A stretch of 64,000 nt of DNA, from assembly GCF_001194135.2 (NCBI RefSeq), contig NC_068981.1, positions 129,561,963 through 129,625,962 of the forward strand. The letters are read 5' to 3'. Position numbers and translations under genes: made by a program. This document shows, piece after piece, positions 1-12,671 of the stretch. The number at the start of each line of letters is the position of its first letter. The stretch's first letter is position 1. A model generated the notes under the pieces. The model ran no database searches. It was not told the DNA's origin and saw only the letters and a list, made by a program, of their open reading frames with translations. Source of the DNA: Octopus bimaculoides. Its lineage: Eukaryota.

Positions 1-1078
1 AGTGAAATGAGTAGAAGGAGACTGAACAAAAGCCTGTTACATGTGTGTGTCTGTGTGTGTATTTACTTTCCATGTGTTGTTGCATGCAGCAGTTTGATGT
101 TACGTTTGCATCTTCTGTAAAAAGTAAGTCTTGTAGCTTATCAATTTTGACATGTGAAGACCAGTAGAGTAAAAATAGCTTACTTGAAAAAATATGGGTG
201 AGTGCTGGTGAGACAGAAGGCAACCAGTTGTAGAATACTGCTATGATAAATCTTGGCCAACTCATGATAGAAAGGAAAAAGCAAACATAATGATGGTGAT
301 GACGATACAAGGAAATTTGTTTTTTTCACTACTTTCATGGACTCCCGTGACTCTCTGTCACCATCCAATTCCATTATTATGAATTTGAATTGGAAGCTTG
401 AGTCATAGTGAATCTTTCATTAGCTGAGTACACAACAATGGACGCTACCCCTATGAATGTGCTGCAGTTACTCTCTTGACAGAGCCTGGCAATCCTGACT
501 ATTGATCTTCTAAGATTTTTCCACTCAGCATCAATATAAGGAGCACTGTTGGCTCAGTTGAGCTCTTCTGCTAGCTCTTCACAATCTTCCATGTTGCAAT
601 CCTGTAACACTGAACAAGTGCTATACTTTGCCAAATGGCAGCCCATAACTATGCAGGGTACAGTTGTCACTCTGTGAGGTATGTTCAAATTACCTGCATA
701 GTGAAATACTCTGCTCAAATTACATTGAAGCAAATAGTGCATCTCATTAATATCTCAACCTGAAACCAGCTCCTACACAATCTATGGTCTAATTATCAAG
801 ACAATTCCCAAGAAATGACAGTCAATGAAGGAATCTCTACATAGATACTTGACCTGTTCGTACCAGATTTAGTTTAAGCCAACTCTCCCTCAAACCATAA
901 TGTAATCCTACAGACCCAAATGAGACAGGGTAGTCATGTTATTAAACTCCACACTCAAATGTTATTGGAACAGCTTTAATCATAGTTTTGCTTAGTTAAA
1001 ACAACAACTGGAGTTAAATAGTAACAAAAATTTGACTAATTTCAGAAAATAAAATATTAAAAAAAAAAGACTTCTAAC

Positions 1079-1309
1079 CTTAGTTTGTAGTTCACCTTGA
1101 AGTTGTTGCAGCTGAAGCTGGAGGTTGGCTACTTTTTCATTTTTCTCTTCAAGGTTTGATTCCAGCTTTTGAACATGGTCTTTTTTCCCATCAAGTTGAC
1201 TTTTTACCTCTTGTAATTGTGTATGCAACGATTCACTTTCTTGTGTAGATTCTGTACATTTTCTATCAAGTTCTTGTTCTAAATTGTTTACTTTTTCAGT
1301 CAGATTATT
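1079..1309 (-). CDS. EEA1: EEA1 exon 20, coiled coil (NNLTEKVNNLEQELDRK...LQGELQTK); gene continues beyond the window
   Basis: gtatttctag acceptor, AAG|GTTAGA donor; 231 nt, phase 0-0. Confidence 0.9.
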
Positions 1310-1395
1310 CTAGAAATACATGAAACCCACAATATATGATATTAAAATTTGCTTCTATATTTTTTACTTTCTTTCATCCAATTTCTCTCTCTCTC

Positions 1396-1396
<1 letters not shown>

Positions 1397-1472
<76 letters not shown>
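1397..1472. repeat. (TA)n microsatellite
   Basis: Long uninterrupted TA run; produces the spurious YIYI ORF. Confidence 0.97.
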
Positions 1473-1478
<6 letters not shown>

Positions 1479-1674
1479 TTCTCCAGTTTTTTTACTTAAA
1501 CTGTTTCTCAAAGTCTCCTTTTTATTCTTATTTTCTCACTTTATTTCTCTTTTTGCCCTCACTTTTTCACATATCTCTTGCAAAAATATTTACTTTCCAT
1601 CCATTTTTATGTGTTTGTGTGCATTTATATGTGAAATTTGAAAAGAAAAGAAAATTTCCAGAAAAAGTACGTAC

Positions 1675-1728
1675 ATTTTCTTGTTTTAGTTGATTGATGG
1701 CAGTTTCAGCGCCCTCTCCAGCTTCAAT
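1675..1728 (-). CDS. EEA1: EEA1 exon 19 (IEAGEGAETAINQLKQEN)
   Basis: Diagnostic match to human IQAGEGETAVLNQLQEKN; tttttacag acceptor, GTACGT donor; 54 nt. Confidence 0.95.
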
Positions 1729-2429
1729 CTGTAAAAATCACAAAAATACAAAATAGGAAAAATACCACAATAAATTTCTATTATTAGATGAAGCTGTGAG
1801 TTGAAGCTGATTTAAGATGAATGAAGATAGCATCAGTCAATAACAGTGATGATAATGATGGTAATAGAAAAGATGATGATGATAGTGTGAAAGGTTCACA
1901 GTCAAATTACTCTAGTAGCAGATGATGACAACTGTCTTGTATTTCTGAAGGATTCCAGATCTGTGTAAATTGCATCATTAATGGAAGAGAGCCTTGCTGC
2001 TGAGAACAAAGAAATATGGAGCTGAACCCTGGGCCAATTATACACTGTTGCAAACATGATATGTATAGCACTCAAAGGAAACACACACATATTATATACA
2101 CTTACAACCAAAAGCCATCTGATATCATGAGGCAATTGTGAGAGATAGAAGGAAAGTATGAGGTGCCAGTTAAGACTCCATGAACAGCAGCAACAACCAG
2201 TGCTGTAGAAGTGATGAAAGATTAAGATGATGATGATGATTATTGTTTTGTTCAGGGAAAGTATCAACTAATTGCCCAATAATATATAGTTTCCTCTCTC
2301 AACATTCTGAGTTCAAAATCTCTTGAAGTCAACTCTGCCTTTCATGCTTCTATACTCATAAAATAATCATCAGTTATACACAATCAGTTTAAGCAACTAC
2401 TTTTCTCATCCTTTCAAATTTGTGGCCTT

Positions 2430-2863
2430 GAAGACATGGGTTGAAGTATTGAAGGCCGATCTCAAAATGCTGAACCTTACGAAGATGATAGAGGACTGAG
2501 ATATGTCATGCATTGCTGTATTTGAGAAGACCTGCTCACCATAACAGAATGGAGATCCTAAAACCAAGGTGCCACATAAAAAGCATTGGTGTGGGTGCTT
2601 GTGTCACATAACGACTGGTGCTAGTGCCATGTAAAAAAGCATTGGTAATGGTGGCATGTGAAAACCATGGGTGTTAATGCCATGTGAAAACCATGGGTGT
2701 TAATGCCATGTAAAAAGCACCGTAGTATACTCTGTAAAGTGGTTGGCATTAGGAAAGGCATTCAGCTGTAGAAACCAAGCCAAAACAGGCTATGAAACCT
2801 GTCAAGCCATCCAACCCATGCCAGCATAGAAAATGAATGTTAAATGTTGATGATGATGATGAT
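2430..2863 (+). mobile_element. RTE-type LINE 3' end
   Basis: Carries the family tail aacccatgccagcat...gttaaatg and (GAT)n; internal ~25-bp direct duplication. Confidence 0.75.
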
Positions 2864-2962
2864 ATACTGAAGTGATAAAATTACTGATTGCAATAGCAAA
2901 TCAATGTTGATAATGACGATGATGGTAATGATGATAATATTTCAAAAGGAATCAAATCAAAC

Positions 2963-3056
2963 CTTGTTAATTAAATCAGTTCGTTCTACTTCAAGCCGTT
3001 GAATATCTTTACGCAAATTTTCTGTTTGTTCTTCCATTTCTTTTAATTTTTCTTCA
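2963..3056 (-). CDS. EEA1: EEA1 exon 18 (EEKLKEMEEQTENLRKDIQRLEVERTDLINK)
   Basis: Matches human ISLLEKEREDLYAK; tttttatacag acceptor, AAG|GTTTGA donor; phase 2-0. Confidence 0.92.
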
Positions 3057-3181
3057 CTGTATAAAAACAAAAGCAAATTATTTATTCATGTTTCTAAAGA
3101 TTTCAGTCAACAGAACTGGTTATAATCTCTGTAATTACATACTACTTAACATCATACAGAAATTTTATGAAACTCCAAAAG

Positions 3182-3500
3182 TAAACCTCATTAAACTCCA
3201 CACTCGGATATCACTAAACTCCACACTCGGATGTCACCAAACTCCATATTCAAATGTCACCAAACCCCACACCCAAATGTCACCAAACTCCACACTCAAA
3301 TATTACCAAACTCCACACCCAAACATTACTAAAACTCCACACTCAAATGTCACTACCCCACCACACACTCAAATGTTACTAAACTCCAAACTGGGATATT
3401 ACTATCTCAATAATTGAATGTTACTAAACCCCACATTCAAATGTTACTAAACTTCACACTCAAATGTTACTAGTTCTATGTGTGCAAATGCTATGAAACT
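3182..3500. repeat. Degenerate ~23-bp minisatellite (aaatgtcactaaactccacactc)
   Basis: Roughly a dozen tandem diverged units; one more unit at about 938-968. Confidence 0.9.
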
Positions 3501-3560
3501 TCATATTCAAAAAATCTCAATGTGTTACTGGGAACATGTAGTAAATATAAAACCACTTAC

Positions 3561-3643
3561 TTCAGGGCAAACTTGCGTAAACTTTCTTGAAGTTGGGTTG
3601 ATTTTTCACGTACCTCTGCCTTCAGCTCATCACTGAATTTCTC
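3561..3643 (-). CDS. EEA1: EEA1 exon 17 (EKFSDELKAEVREKSTQLQESLRKFAL)
   Basis: ctcaatag acceptor, GTAAGT donor; 83 nt, phase 0-2. Confidence 0.88.
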
Positions 3644-5082
3644 CTATTGAGTAAGAATTATTAGATTTTTACAAATGTCCTCAACATTTACAAACAACAA
3701 TCTTAATAAGCCAATAGCAGAGCCTCAACATGGTCACTTGACCTGCTTAAGTAACACCTAATCTTCTCAAATCACACCCTACTGTCTGAAAAAGAATACA
3801 TTGGATGATAGGAAGGCCACAGTCAGAATACTTTTAATCATGGGTTATCTCAATCCAATCAGGCACAGGGCCAAACAACAATAAAATCAATCTTAATTTC
3901 AATCATATAATTGTTGTGGTTGTTTTTGTTAATGTAATTGCTGACCTGGTCAAAGATGTTTGAGGCATCTATGGCATTAATCTGTAAGAGGTGTGTCAAT
4001 GAGGAACCACCATACAGTCTTTTCCTTTAAGAAAGTGCTATCAAATCTTCCACAAATAATATTAAAGCTTAAAAATAGAAAGAAAAACATTTTATAAAGT
4101 AGTCCTAGATACATTACACCTGAAAATAATACCAGGACAGTCATAGGTGGAATGTCTAATCATAGGTCTGCTGGATCAGAGATGACCTGGGGGTAAATGA
4201 TAAGGAAGAAGAGAACTTAAACTGGAGAAAAACACATTTCGTGTGTCACAAGATCTGAATATATTGGCCAAACATCATTCGATAAAGACCTAACAAAAAT
4301 TATGAGGATTCTATATTTGAAATTTTAACATTTGCAACAACAGTAAGTAAAAGAGTCTCAGTAGAATGTCAGTTAAATCCATGATTTCAACCAGGGGAGA
4401 TATGAAAGATATACTTTTACTTGTCTTAGCCAGAGGCTGTGGCCATACTGGAGCATAAATCTTAAGTATTTATGCTTGTTGGTTATCCCCAGTCAAACAG
4501 AATCAAAAAAACTTATGATCACAGAAATTCCAGCTATGAACATCAGTATTTTTCTTAGACACTGTATATAAGACTAGAATATCCAATGTCCGTTTTTAAA
4601 GTCAGTAGGGTGTAATTTGTGGGAAATTTTGTTGGCTCAAATAAACATTCATTGTTTACATGTAAACATTGTTTCACAATGGTAGATGGTATTTAGAATG
4701 ATGCCACATGTTTCTGAGTTCATTTTCTTTCAAGGAAACCTCCTATATTATGATTAAATAAACATTTGTAAAATACTGTAGTTAATTATGCTGAATATTA
4801 AAAAAAAAAAAATTTCCTGTGTGTTTCCCATCTTAGAAAAAGTACATTGTCATATCCCTGTGTTGTAAGAGACAAAAGGTTGGCATCAGAAAGGGCATCT
4901 GGTCATGAAACACTGCCTCAAAAAGGATCCTATAAGGAGTATAACATACAGGTGGGGTACAGCCCAAAGTAACCCATGGCAGTCCCCACCCTTTTTGTCA
5001 AAGCTAAAGGTCAAGAATCTGGCCATAACAGAGAAGAATTCAATCCATTTATGATGGCTAAGTGTCTGTTAATTTTACTTAC

Positions 5083-5169
5083 TTTTGCTTCAAACTGCTG
5101 ATTCATCATTTCCAGTTCTCGTTCTAAATCTTTTACTTGGACTTGGCTGGTTTCTAAGGTATTTTGAAG
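5083..5169 (-). CDS. EEA1: EEA1 exon 16 (LQNTLETSQVQVKDLERELEMMNQQFEAK)
   Basis: tttattcag acceptor, GTAAGT donor; 87 nt, phase 0-0. Confidence 0.9.
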
Positions 5170-6025
5170 CTGAATAAACAAGCAAGAACAATTTTGATAT
5201 TTTCAACTTCAAAAAATGAAGGAGCAAACTGTTATTCTTTTTCTTTTTAGCTGTTTATAAGCAATATTTCCATGATGCAGTCTTCTAACATTTCTATTTA
5301 ATAATAACCAATATGTTGGTTTGTTGATTTCTCCAGCCACACTTTACATCATATAGAGAGAGGGGGGAAAGAGTATGAAAGAGTGATAGAGAGAGAGTTA
5401 ACATAAGAAATGCAGAATGAGTGCACATATTAGGTTTGGTGGCAGGCAATGAATAAAGGAATGCTCCCCACTACGCAATGAATGAAAATAACCAAGATAG
5501 AAGAAGAGGAGAGGAGTAAATGACAGTAGTTATGGAAGGAATTATATTGAAGAGAATGATGGATGTGTACATACACTCATGCATGTATGAAATAAAAGAC
5601 CAAACTGGTTGTGTGATTGACTAACAATTTAAAAAACCTAAATAGCACATATACATGTAGTGTATATAACTTGATATACACAGTATTGGGGAAAATACAT
5701 TTTTGCTTTATTTCATAGTTTATATTCACAAAGTTAAATAATAATAAAAAAATGGAGACCAACTTACTCTCCATATTGATTTTATATTATGGAAGTTCAC
5801 AAACACACATTCACTCTTTCTCTTACACAAACACAAGAAATTGATGGCTGCTTTAGAAAAATACAGTGATCTTTTGTTTTAAGAATATATAACTGTGGGA
5901 TTGTAAAAATAAATAAAATATAGCCAAGAATGTACAAAAACTGGAAAATGCATTTGCATCTCACAGAACATATAACAGTAATGGTAAACATTATTAATTA
6001 AATAACTTTACAATAAGTCTCAAAC

Positions 6026-6163
6026 CTTGTCAGTTTGTTGTTTCACCTCATTCAAGGATTGTTCTTTCTTATGCAACTGACCCTGCATATCGGTACGCAT
6101 TTCTGCCAGTTGGGTTTGAAGTGAAGAAATTTCTGAATTCCGTTCTTCAACAGTTTTCTCTAA
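6026..6163 (-). CDS. EEA1: EEA1 exon 15, coiled coil (LEKTVEERNSEISSLQTQLAEM...KQQTDK)
   Basis: tgtctttcag acceptor, AAG|GTTTGA donor; 138 nt, phase 0-0. Confidence 0.88.
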
Positions 6164-6540
6164 CTGAAAGACAAGTAAATAAGATAATAATAATGATTTT
6201 AAGTTAATCTAGGTAGTAAAAGACCATGCAGTTATTAATTAATATAAGGTAAAATTGAATCTAGGGTGCAGGCATAGCTGCGTGGTTAAGAAGTTTGCTT
6301 TACAACCACATGTGCCTGGGTTCGATTTCATTGAATGCATGCCTGTTGCTAAGGGGATGTATTGGGTGTGACTGCCCCCTCAGATTTAGAAAATACAGTT
6401 TACAAAAATCTTCCTGCAATACAAATTAGTGATCACCTATAATATTCTGAACCACCCCCAGACACCAAAGTCTGGTGACAGGTTTGATCACATGGCACTT
6501 TAGGCAGACATCTTAACTGTTTTGGCTTCACTAATAGTTT

Positions 6541-7760
6541 TGTAGTGAAACTACCTCCCGCCATTAGATACAAAACTGCTATCGCCATTCTTCTCATTTA
6601 AATATAAACAAACGCGAACGTAGGGGAAAACACCAGCCTTGTCATCACGTGACTGATTATTATTTGAAGCGGCAAATTCTTCGAACCTTTCCTGCCAGAA
6701 CGCAAACTGACCAATCACGGTCCCTAATAAGGTCACGTGATAGAGTATTAAACTGAAGCCATCGGGAGCCAATAGTTTTGTTATAAATAGCTTTAACTTG
6801 GCGGCCAAATTTGTCTCGGTCCAGTTTCTCTTTGAGACTGTTNNNNNNNNNNNNNNNNNNNNNNNNNNNNNNNNNNNNNNNNNNNNNNNNNNNNNNNNNN
6901 NNNNNNNNNNNNNNNNNNNNNNNNNNNNNNNNNNNNNNNNNNNNNNNNNNNNNNNNNNNNNNNNNNNNNNNNNNNNNNNNNNNNNNNNNNNNNNNNNNNN
7001 NNNNNNNNNNNNNNNNNNNNNNNNNNNNNNNNNNNNNNNNNNNNNNNNNNNNNNNNNNNNNNNNNNNNNNNNNNNNNNNNNNNNNNNNNNNNNNNNNNNN
7101 NNNNNNNNNNNNNNNNNNNNNNNNNNNNNNNNNNNNNNNNNNNNNNNNNNNNNNNNNNNNNNNNNNNNNNNNNNNNNNNNNNNNNNNNNNNNNNNNNNNN
7201 NNNNNNNNNNNNNNNNNNNNNNNNNNNNNNNNNNNNNNNNNNNNNNNNNNNNNNNNNAACATCTGTATAACAAGAATCACGGCCCGGCATCGATGCCACG
7301 ACATCACAACTAGTGATCAGCTCTGCCACACTCAGCCAACTCACTTCACATACAGATTCATATTATTGTGTACCCAAGAACTGGTATAATTGCTCACGTG
7401 TCATTTACTGACTCTCTATTTGCTGTAATATTTCACATACACATACATGTATCACTCACATACATACTTTTCTTTGTACGACGGCCTGTCTTTGATTATG
7501 TTATTATATGTCGCATTCACACTCACACATAGACATACATCTTTAACGCTACAATAAATATCTCTGTTATTCATCTTATACGGTTGTGGTCTTTCATTAC
7601 TGGTCACATATGTTATCGTCGTATAACATATCAAGTATATCATCCATTGATATATATATTGTGTGTTCGACCGTGTGACGCGTTTAAATAAAAGGAGTCC
7701 TCTGTTTTTCCATTCGTCACCATTTCTCCTTTTTTCGAGTTCGCACGGTCGTCCCTTACA
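6541..7760 (+). mobile_element. LTR (solo LTR, or LTR element whose interior is hidden in the gap)
   Basis: Starts TGTAG, ends CTTACA; flanked by GTTT at 6537-6540 and 7761-7764 (4-bp TSD); CCAAT 6711 and 6769, TATAAAT 6782, AATAAA 7553 and 7687; CpG-rich. Confidence 0.7.
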
Positions 7761-8513
7761 GTTTGTAAGCAAAATCTGCTAGACATCCACTTTCCACTTC
7801 CAAACTACATCCACTTTCCAAACTTACATGGGCTGGATAGGTCAACACAATTTGAGTAATTTATTATTTGGAGTTATTGCCCTCCTAACTGGGTTGGAGG
7901 TTCACATTTTGTGTGTTCATTTCAATTTTGGTACGATTTATGTGGTTGAATGCCTATCCTAACACCAACCATTTTACAGTGTACTGGGTGTATTCTATTA
8001 TGGCACCATCACTAGAGATGTTGTACACACACACATGATTACATCAGCACAGAATGAGAACTGATATATTTGAGTGGGACATCTGACTCAATTATTTTTT
8101 CTAAGGCCAATGTCCATTTTGCACCTTATGATCATGAGAAAAATGAAAATATTGAGGTAGGGATAATCAACTAAGAAACTCTTTAAAGTAATGCCCCAGT
8201 ATGACAGTAGTCCAATGATTGAAACCAGTTAGAGAAAGAGAATCCATGCTGCAAATAAAATTTTTTCTAGAATCACAATAGGAGAAAATACTTGGTAATA
8301 ATGAAGTGAAAGTCTTTTGCAATGGAGTCCCTGGAAATGTTGTCACACAACAGAACTATGTGGATTTAGCTGAAAGAATGAACTTTACAGCATCTAATAT
8401 GAGAGGATCAGGCAGACTTTTCAGTTATCAAGGTCATTTAGGTCTCCATAAACACACAAAATTAGAAGTTGATGTTGTTTAACCTTTAAGTGATCTTTCT
8501 GATCTCAAAGACT

Positions 8514-10118
8514 GGATCTAGTTTGTTTGGTTGCCAGCATTTCAAAAATTAAAGTTTATCAAAAATTTTTTAATTGGGCACAGTAATATACTTTTCCAAG
8601 CTGAATTGTTAGAGTTATTTCACATTTGCCAGAAATATGTTTTTAAAAAGTTATAGCGGTTTAAAGTTTGATCATTTTCACCCAGTCAGGAAACAGTATT
8701 TGGAAGCTGTCATTTTGTGCTTGACTGTACATTTTGTCATAAACATCTGGAAAATAGCACGTGTTGTCAAGAAAGAGTAAACAACACATCTTTTGTAGTT
8801 TTAAGCATTGCGATAGCACGAACTTAAAAGATTTATCCAAAAACGTAATTTAACTGTTATTTTTAACCACCTCAATGACAAAAAGAAATGAGTAAACAGT
8901 TTTAAGCATTCAACATGCATTTAATGAAAATCTGATAACACGTTACATGCCATAAACACATTTACAATTTTTCCCATGGTTTCAATCTTTAACAGAAAAG
9001 ATTTGGAAGAATTAGATGAAAGTTCTCCAGTAATTTTCTTTCATGTAAATAAATGTTTAAGTTAATTTTAAAATTTGCCAGTGAAATCTTATAAAATGAC
9101 AATGTTCTAAAAAGATGTATATGTTTATATGTTATATATGAAAATAAAAGAGTGAACAAAATATGCTTAAAAAACAAACATTTAAGCAACACATTTACAA
9201 AATATTTTTAAAATTAAAAATGAAAGTTAGCAATACACTCAATCAATTTCTCAAACAAACCACAATTTTTGAATCTTCTGCTCCACATAAATTCACCATA
9301 GAATGGTGACTGCCACAGTGTCGTTTATTACCTCACTTCACAGAGCCCCATGCACTCTCCACTTGTTGGGTGTAGGTACCATCTTTCAGGTTAATACTGT
9401 GGTTCACAGTTCTATGCTCAAAATTGTAACCATCAATTTCAGGAATGTGAGAGTACACCCACCACAAATTGCTGAAAATTGTGGTTGCTGGAAGAATCGA
9501 GTGATGTATGCATTCTTCCAGTATGTCACGATTCCAACATGGCACTGCATACAGAAAAATCTGTCTGGTCTTGCGACACACTTCTGTAAACCTAATGCTC
9601 AAATAGGACCCTTTCTTGGTTGTACTTACATCTTGAGAAAACTGTTTTGTTGATCTTAACAATCTTCCCAGGTCCACCAACTTGAATTGGATGACTGAGC
9701 AAGTCCTCCACACATATTTCTCTGATATAGTTGTTATAATCAATGGCTGTGCTACAGCTCATCCCCAGTTCCTCAATACAAAACTAGACTGAAGTCAATT
9801 CCTTAACCCATGAGTAAAGGAAGAGTACCACAGACCTAAGAGGAAGGGTACCACCTTCAAAACATGTGTCTTTCTCGCAGACAAAAGAGTTCTCATGTTC
9901 CGCTTGTTACTATGGAAACAGGCATGAATGTGTCTGTGGTTTACGATTAGCTAAAATTACCAAAATTTTCAAACTTTAATTGCTAATAACTCTTTATTTA
10001 TTGATTTATAGGGAAAATGATTTTCATGTAATTCATTAGCCTATAAGGGTGTATCATTACACTGAATATGAAATCAATTTGAACACAACTAATGCTGGCA
10101 ACCAAACAGACTAGATCC
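8514..10118 (-). mobile_element. Merlin (IS1016-like) DNA transposon, decayed transposase
   Basis: 28-bp TIRs GGATCTAGT(T/C)TGTTTGGTTGCCAGCATT (8514-8541, 10091-10118); 8-bp TSD CAAAGAC(T/C); minus-strand peptides PIQVGGPGKIVKIN, ILPATTIFSNLWWVY, HRTVNHSIN, TQQVESAW at about 9300-9900. Confidence 0.9.
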
Positions 10119-10196
10119 CAAAGACCTATAACCAAAGGTATTCCAGCCTCAAGAATCTCATCTGTGTTTTTCAGACACAGTATATCTTATCAAGTA

Positions 10197-10564
10197 GAGG
10201 TGCAATGGCCCAGTGGTTAGGGCAGCGGACTCGCAGTTTCGATTCCCAGATCGAGCGTTGTGAGTGTTTATTGACCGAAAACACCTAAAAGCTCCACGAG
10301 GCTCCGGCAGGGGATGGTGGCAAACCCAGCTGTACTCTTTCACCACAACTTTCTCTCACTCTTACTTCCTGTTTCTGTTGTGCCTGTAATTCAAAGGGTC
10401 AGCCTTGTCACACTCTGTGTCACGCTGAATCTCCCCCGCCTGAGAACTATGTTAAGGGTACACGTGTCTGAGGAGTGCTCAGCCACTTACACGTTAATTT
10501 CACGAGCAGGCTGTTCCGTTGATCGGATCAAGTGGAACCCTCGACGTCGTAAGCGATGGAGTGC

Positions 10565-10593
<29 letters not shown>
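10197..10593 (+). mobile_element. tRNA-derived SINE with (AAC)n tail
   Basis: A-box TGGCCCAGTGG and B-box-like GTTTCGATTCC head; 3' body shared with the copy at 55965-56292. Confidence 0.8.
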
Positions 10594-10596
<3 letters not shown>

Positions 10597-11255
10597 TTAT
10601 CTAATGTGTTCTACTTTTATTAAATCAACAGAGGAAAATTTAGTGAGTTGTTGTTGTTTAGCCCCAGACCGACCCCAACTGAGCAGACCTTTGATCAAAG
10701 CAAAGGCATTTTAGCCATGACCAACCTGGATTTTTCTTCCAGACAAAGTAGATCTAGAATTACATTTTCCAATGTTTCCTTCCTTTTTGAACACATTATG
10801 GTGCGATTTAAGGTTAACTTGTACAAGATTTGGGAAGTTTTGTTGTAAGGTGAAAAAAACAAACAAAACAAAAAAACAACACATCTGCACTTAACTCGAA
10901 CTTCTGACCAATTGTCTGTAACTATCTTAAACATATTGTATAACATGTTGTCCAATTTAACATCCCCATCTAAACCTGTTCCTTGTGTGCCTTAAGTAGG
11001 GTTCACTCTATTTTAAGTATCCAGACCACGCATTTTTTGTAAAGACACTGGCCTGCAAACATTGTCAAAGATCAGCTAGATAAGTCTGTGAGAGTCTGCA
11101 AATATCATGGATATTGTTGCTTCTCACATGACTTATAAAAATTTATTTACAGCAAGAAAAAAAAAAGTTATTACATTTTCTCAAGACAAGTCCCTACGAA
11201 AAATAAAGTATAAAGACAAACATTTTATGCTTTATGACAAGTACAAATGATTTAC

Positions 11256-11423
11256 CTTTACAATCCGTTCATTAGTTTCTACTAATTTGGTTTCCTTCTC
11301 CTCTAATAATTGTTCTAAAGATGATGTTTTTCCTGCTTTACCATCAAGGTGGCAATGTAGCTCATTGATTTTATTGGAATGCTCCAGAGACATATCTTGA
11401 TATTTTTTACAATCTTCTTTTAA
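11256..11423 (-). CDS. EEA1: EEA1 exon 14, coiled coil (LKEDCKKYQDMSLEH...ETNERIVK)
   Basis: catcgttccag acceptor, AAG|GTAAAT donor; 168 nt, phase 0-0. Confidence 0.9.
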
Positions 11424-11811
11424 CTGGAACGATGAAGAGACACAAATGACATTGTTATTTTGGTGAAATACTAATTGAAGAAATAACCATCTTTGTAGTG
11501 GTTTCTATCTTTGTATTTTTTTTTTATATCTGTGACTGGGTTGCTTTTGAAAATTTTGATATATGAATATGAATTGTAAGAATGTTTCAATGCCTGTATA
11601 CCTTATCTACATCAAAATTTTATTCAATTAATGGTCTTTGAATATAAATGCAAGGAATACAATAACCTCTCAAATATAAATATAAATTTAATTTTAGCAA
11701 ATGTGCAAATTGAGGGAAGACAACTTACAAACCTTGCTTATATGTACAAAAGAATGACTATAGAGTGGTTGGACCCAAATTAGTTTAACACTTTAATCCC
11801 ATCTTGTTTAT

Positions 11812-12300
11812 CATAGTCCTCCAGGCCATAACAGAGGAATTTAAGACTGGCTGCCCTTGGAAGCTCCTCTATGCTGATGACCTTGTTGTATTGCTGAATC
11901 ACTACCAGAACTAGAGAAGAAATTTCAGGTGTGGAAGCAAAGTATAGACTTAAAGAGCCTTAGAATTAACTTAGCAAAGACCAAAGTCCTGGTAAGAAAG
12001 CAGACAAATCAGAAATCCCTTCAAGGAGATAGCCCTGCTCAATATGTGTCAGTAGAAGCTCCATATGGTGTACCCAGTGCAAGCTATGGATACATAAGAG
12101 GTGCAGCAATATCAGAGGAAGGTTAACAGATGTGTACTTGCACATCTGTATGTCGCAGATGTGCAAGTACAATAAACATAGGAATGTACAGAAAACAGAC
12201 ACCTTCAATGTCTAGATTGGAGAGGGAGGATCTTTAGAAGTAATAGATAGTTTCTATTACTTAGGCAGCCAAGTTAGCAGTGGGGAATGAAGCTCTGAAA
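11812..12300 (+). mobile_element. RTE LINE reverse-transcriptase fragment
   Basis: QAITEEFKTGCPWKLLYADDLV...LEKKFQVWKQ...RINLAKTKVL with frameshifts; same family as 49712-51560. Confidence 0.9.
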
Positions 12301-12503
12301 GTGTAGTTAGCAAAATAATTTTAATATTTTACAAAAACCCACTAAGAGGAACCAAATAGAGTCAGAAAGGGTTGTGAAGTACTGTTACAACAAAGAACTA
12401 ATAACAGAAACTAAATTTTTTCTTCCTTATTATTAACAGTTAACATTAATAAATCATTATATGAAGAAAGTAATTATAATAAAAGAAAGAAAAATTAACT
12501 TAC

Positions 12504-12671
12504 TTGTTGATTATCTAGATTTAATTTTGTACAATCATCCTCTTTCTCTTCAAGTTTTTGTTGAAGTTCTCCCAATTGATTTTTGTGAGATACTAATTCT
12601 GACTCTAGCTGAGACAGACTTTTACTGTGTTCATCATGTTTCTGCTGGTAGTATTTTAATTCTTCTTCAAA
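12504..12671 (-). CDS. EEA1: EEA1 exon 13, coiled coil (FEEELKYYQQKHDEH...KLNLDNQQ)
   Basis: ttttttttaag acceptor, GTAAGT donor; 168 nt, phase 0-0, open frame. Confidence 0.9.

Noticed and set aside
179-960. Further EEA1 exon ending at the GTAAGC donor-like site at 183
   Set aside because: No acceptor giving an open coiled-coil frame; region looks like decayed repeat
1336-1641. 101-aa ORF and other YIYI/THTH/RERE ORFs
   Set aside because: Translations of (TA)n, (CA)n and (GA)n microsatellites
3088-3417. 109-aa repetitive Pro/Thr ORF; possible CRISPR-like array
   Set aside because: Translation of the 23-bp minisatellite; units are contiguous with no unique spacers and there are no cas genes
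6550-6600. Alternative EEA1 first exon (MAIAVLYLMAG|gtagtt) from the CpG-rich patch
   Set aside because: Phase 1 donor cannot join the phase 0 exon 15, and the patch is explained by the LTR with its TSD
6551-7389. Long ORFs at 6.5-7.4 kb and 44.1-45.1 kb
   Set aside because: Open only because they run through N gaps
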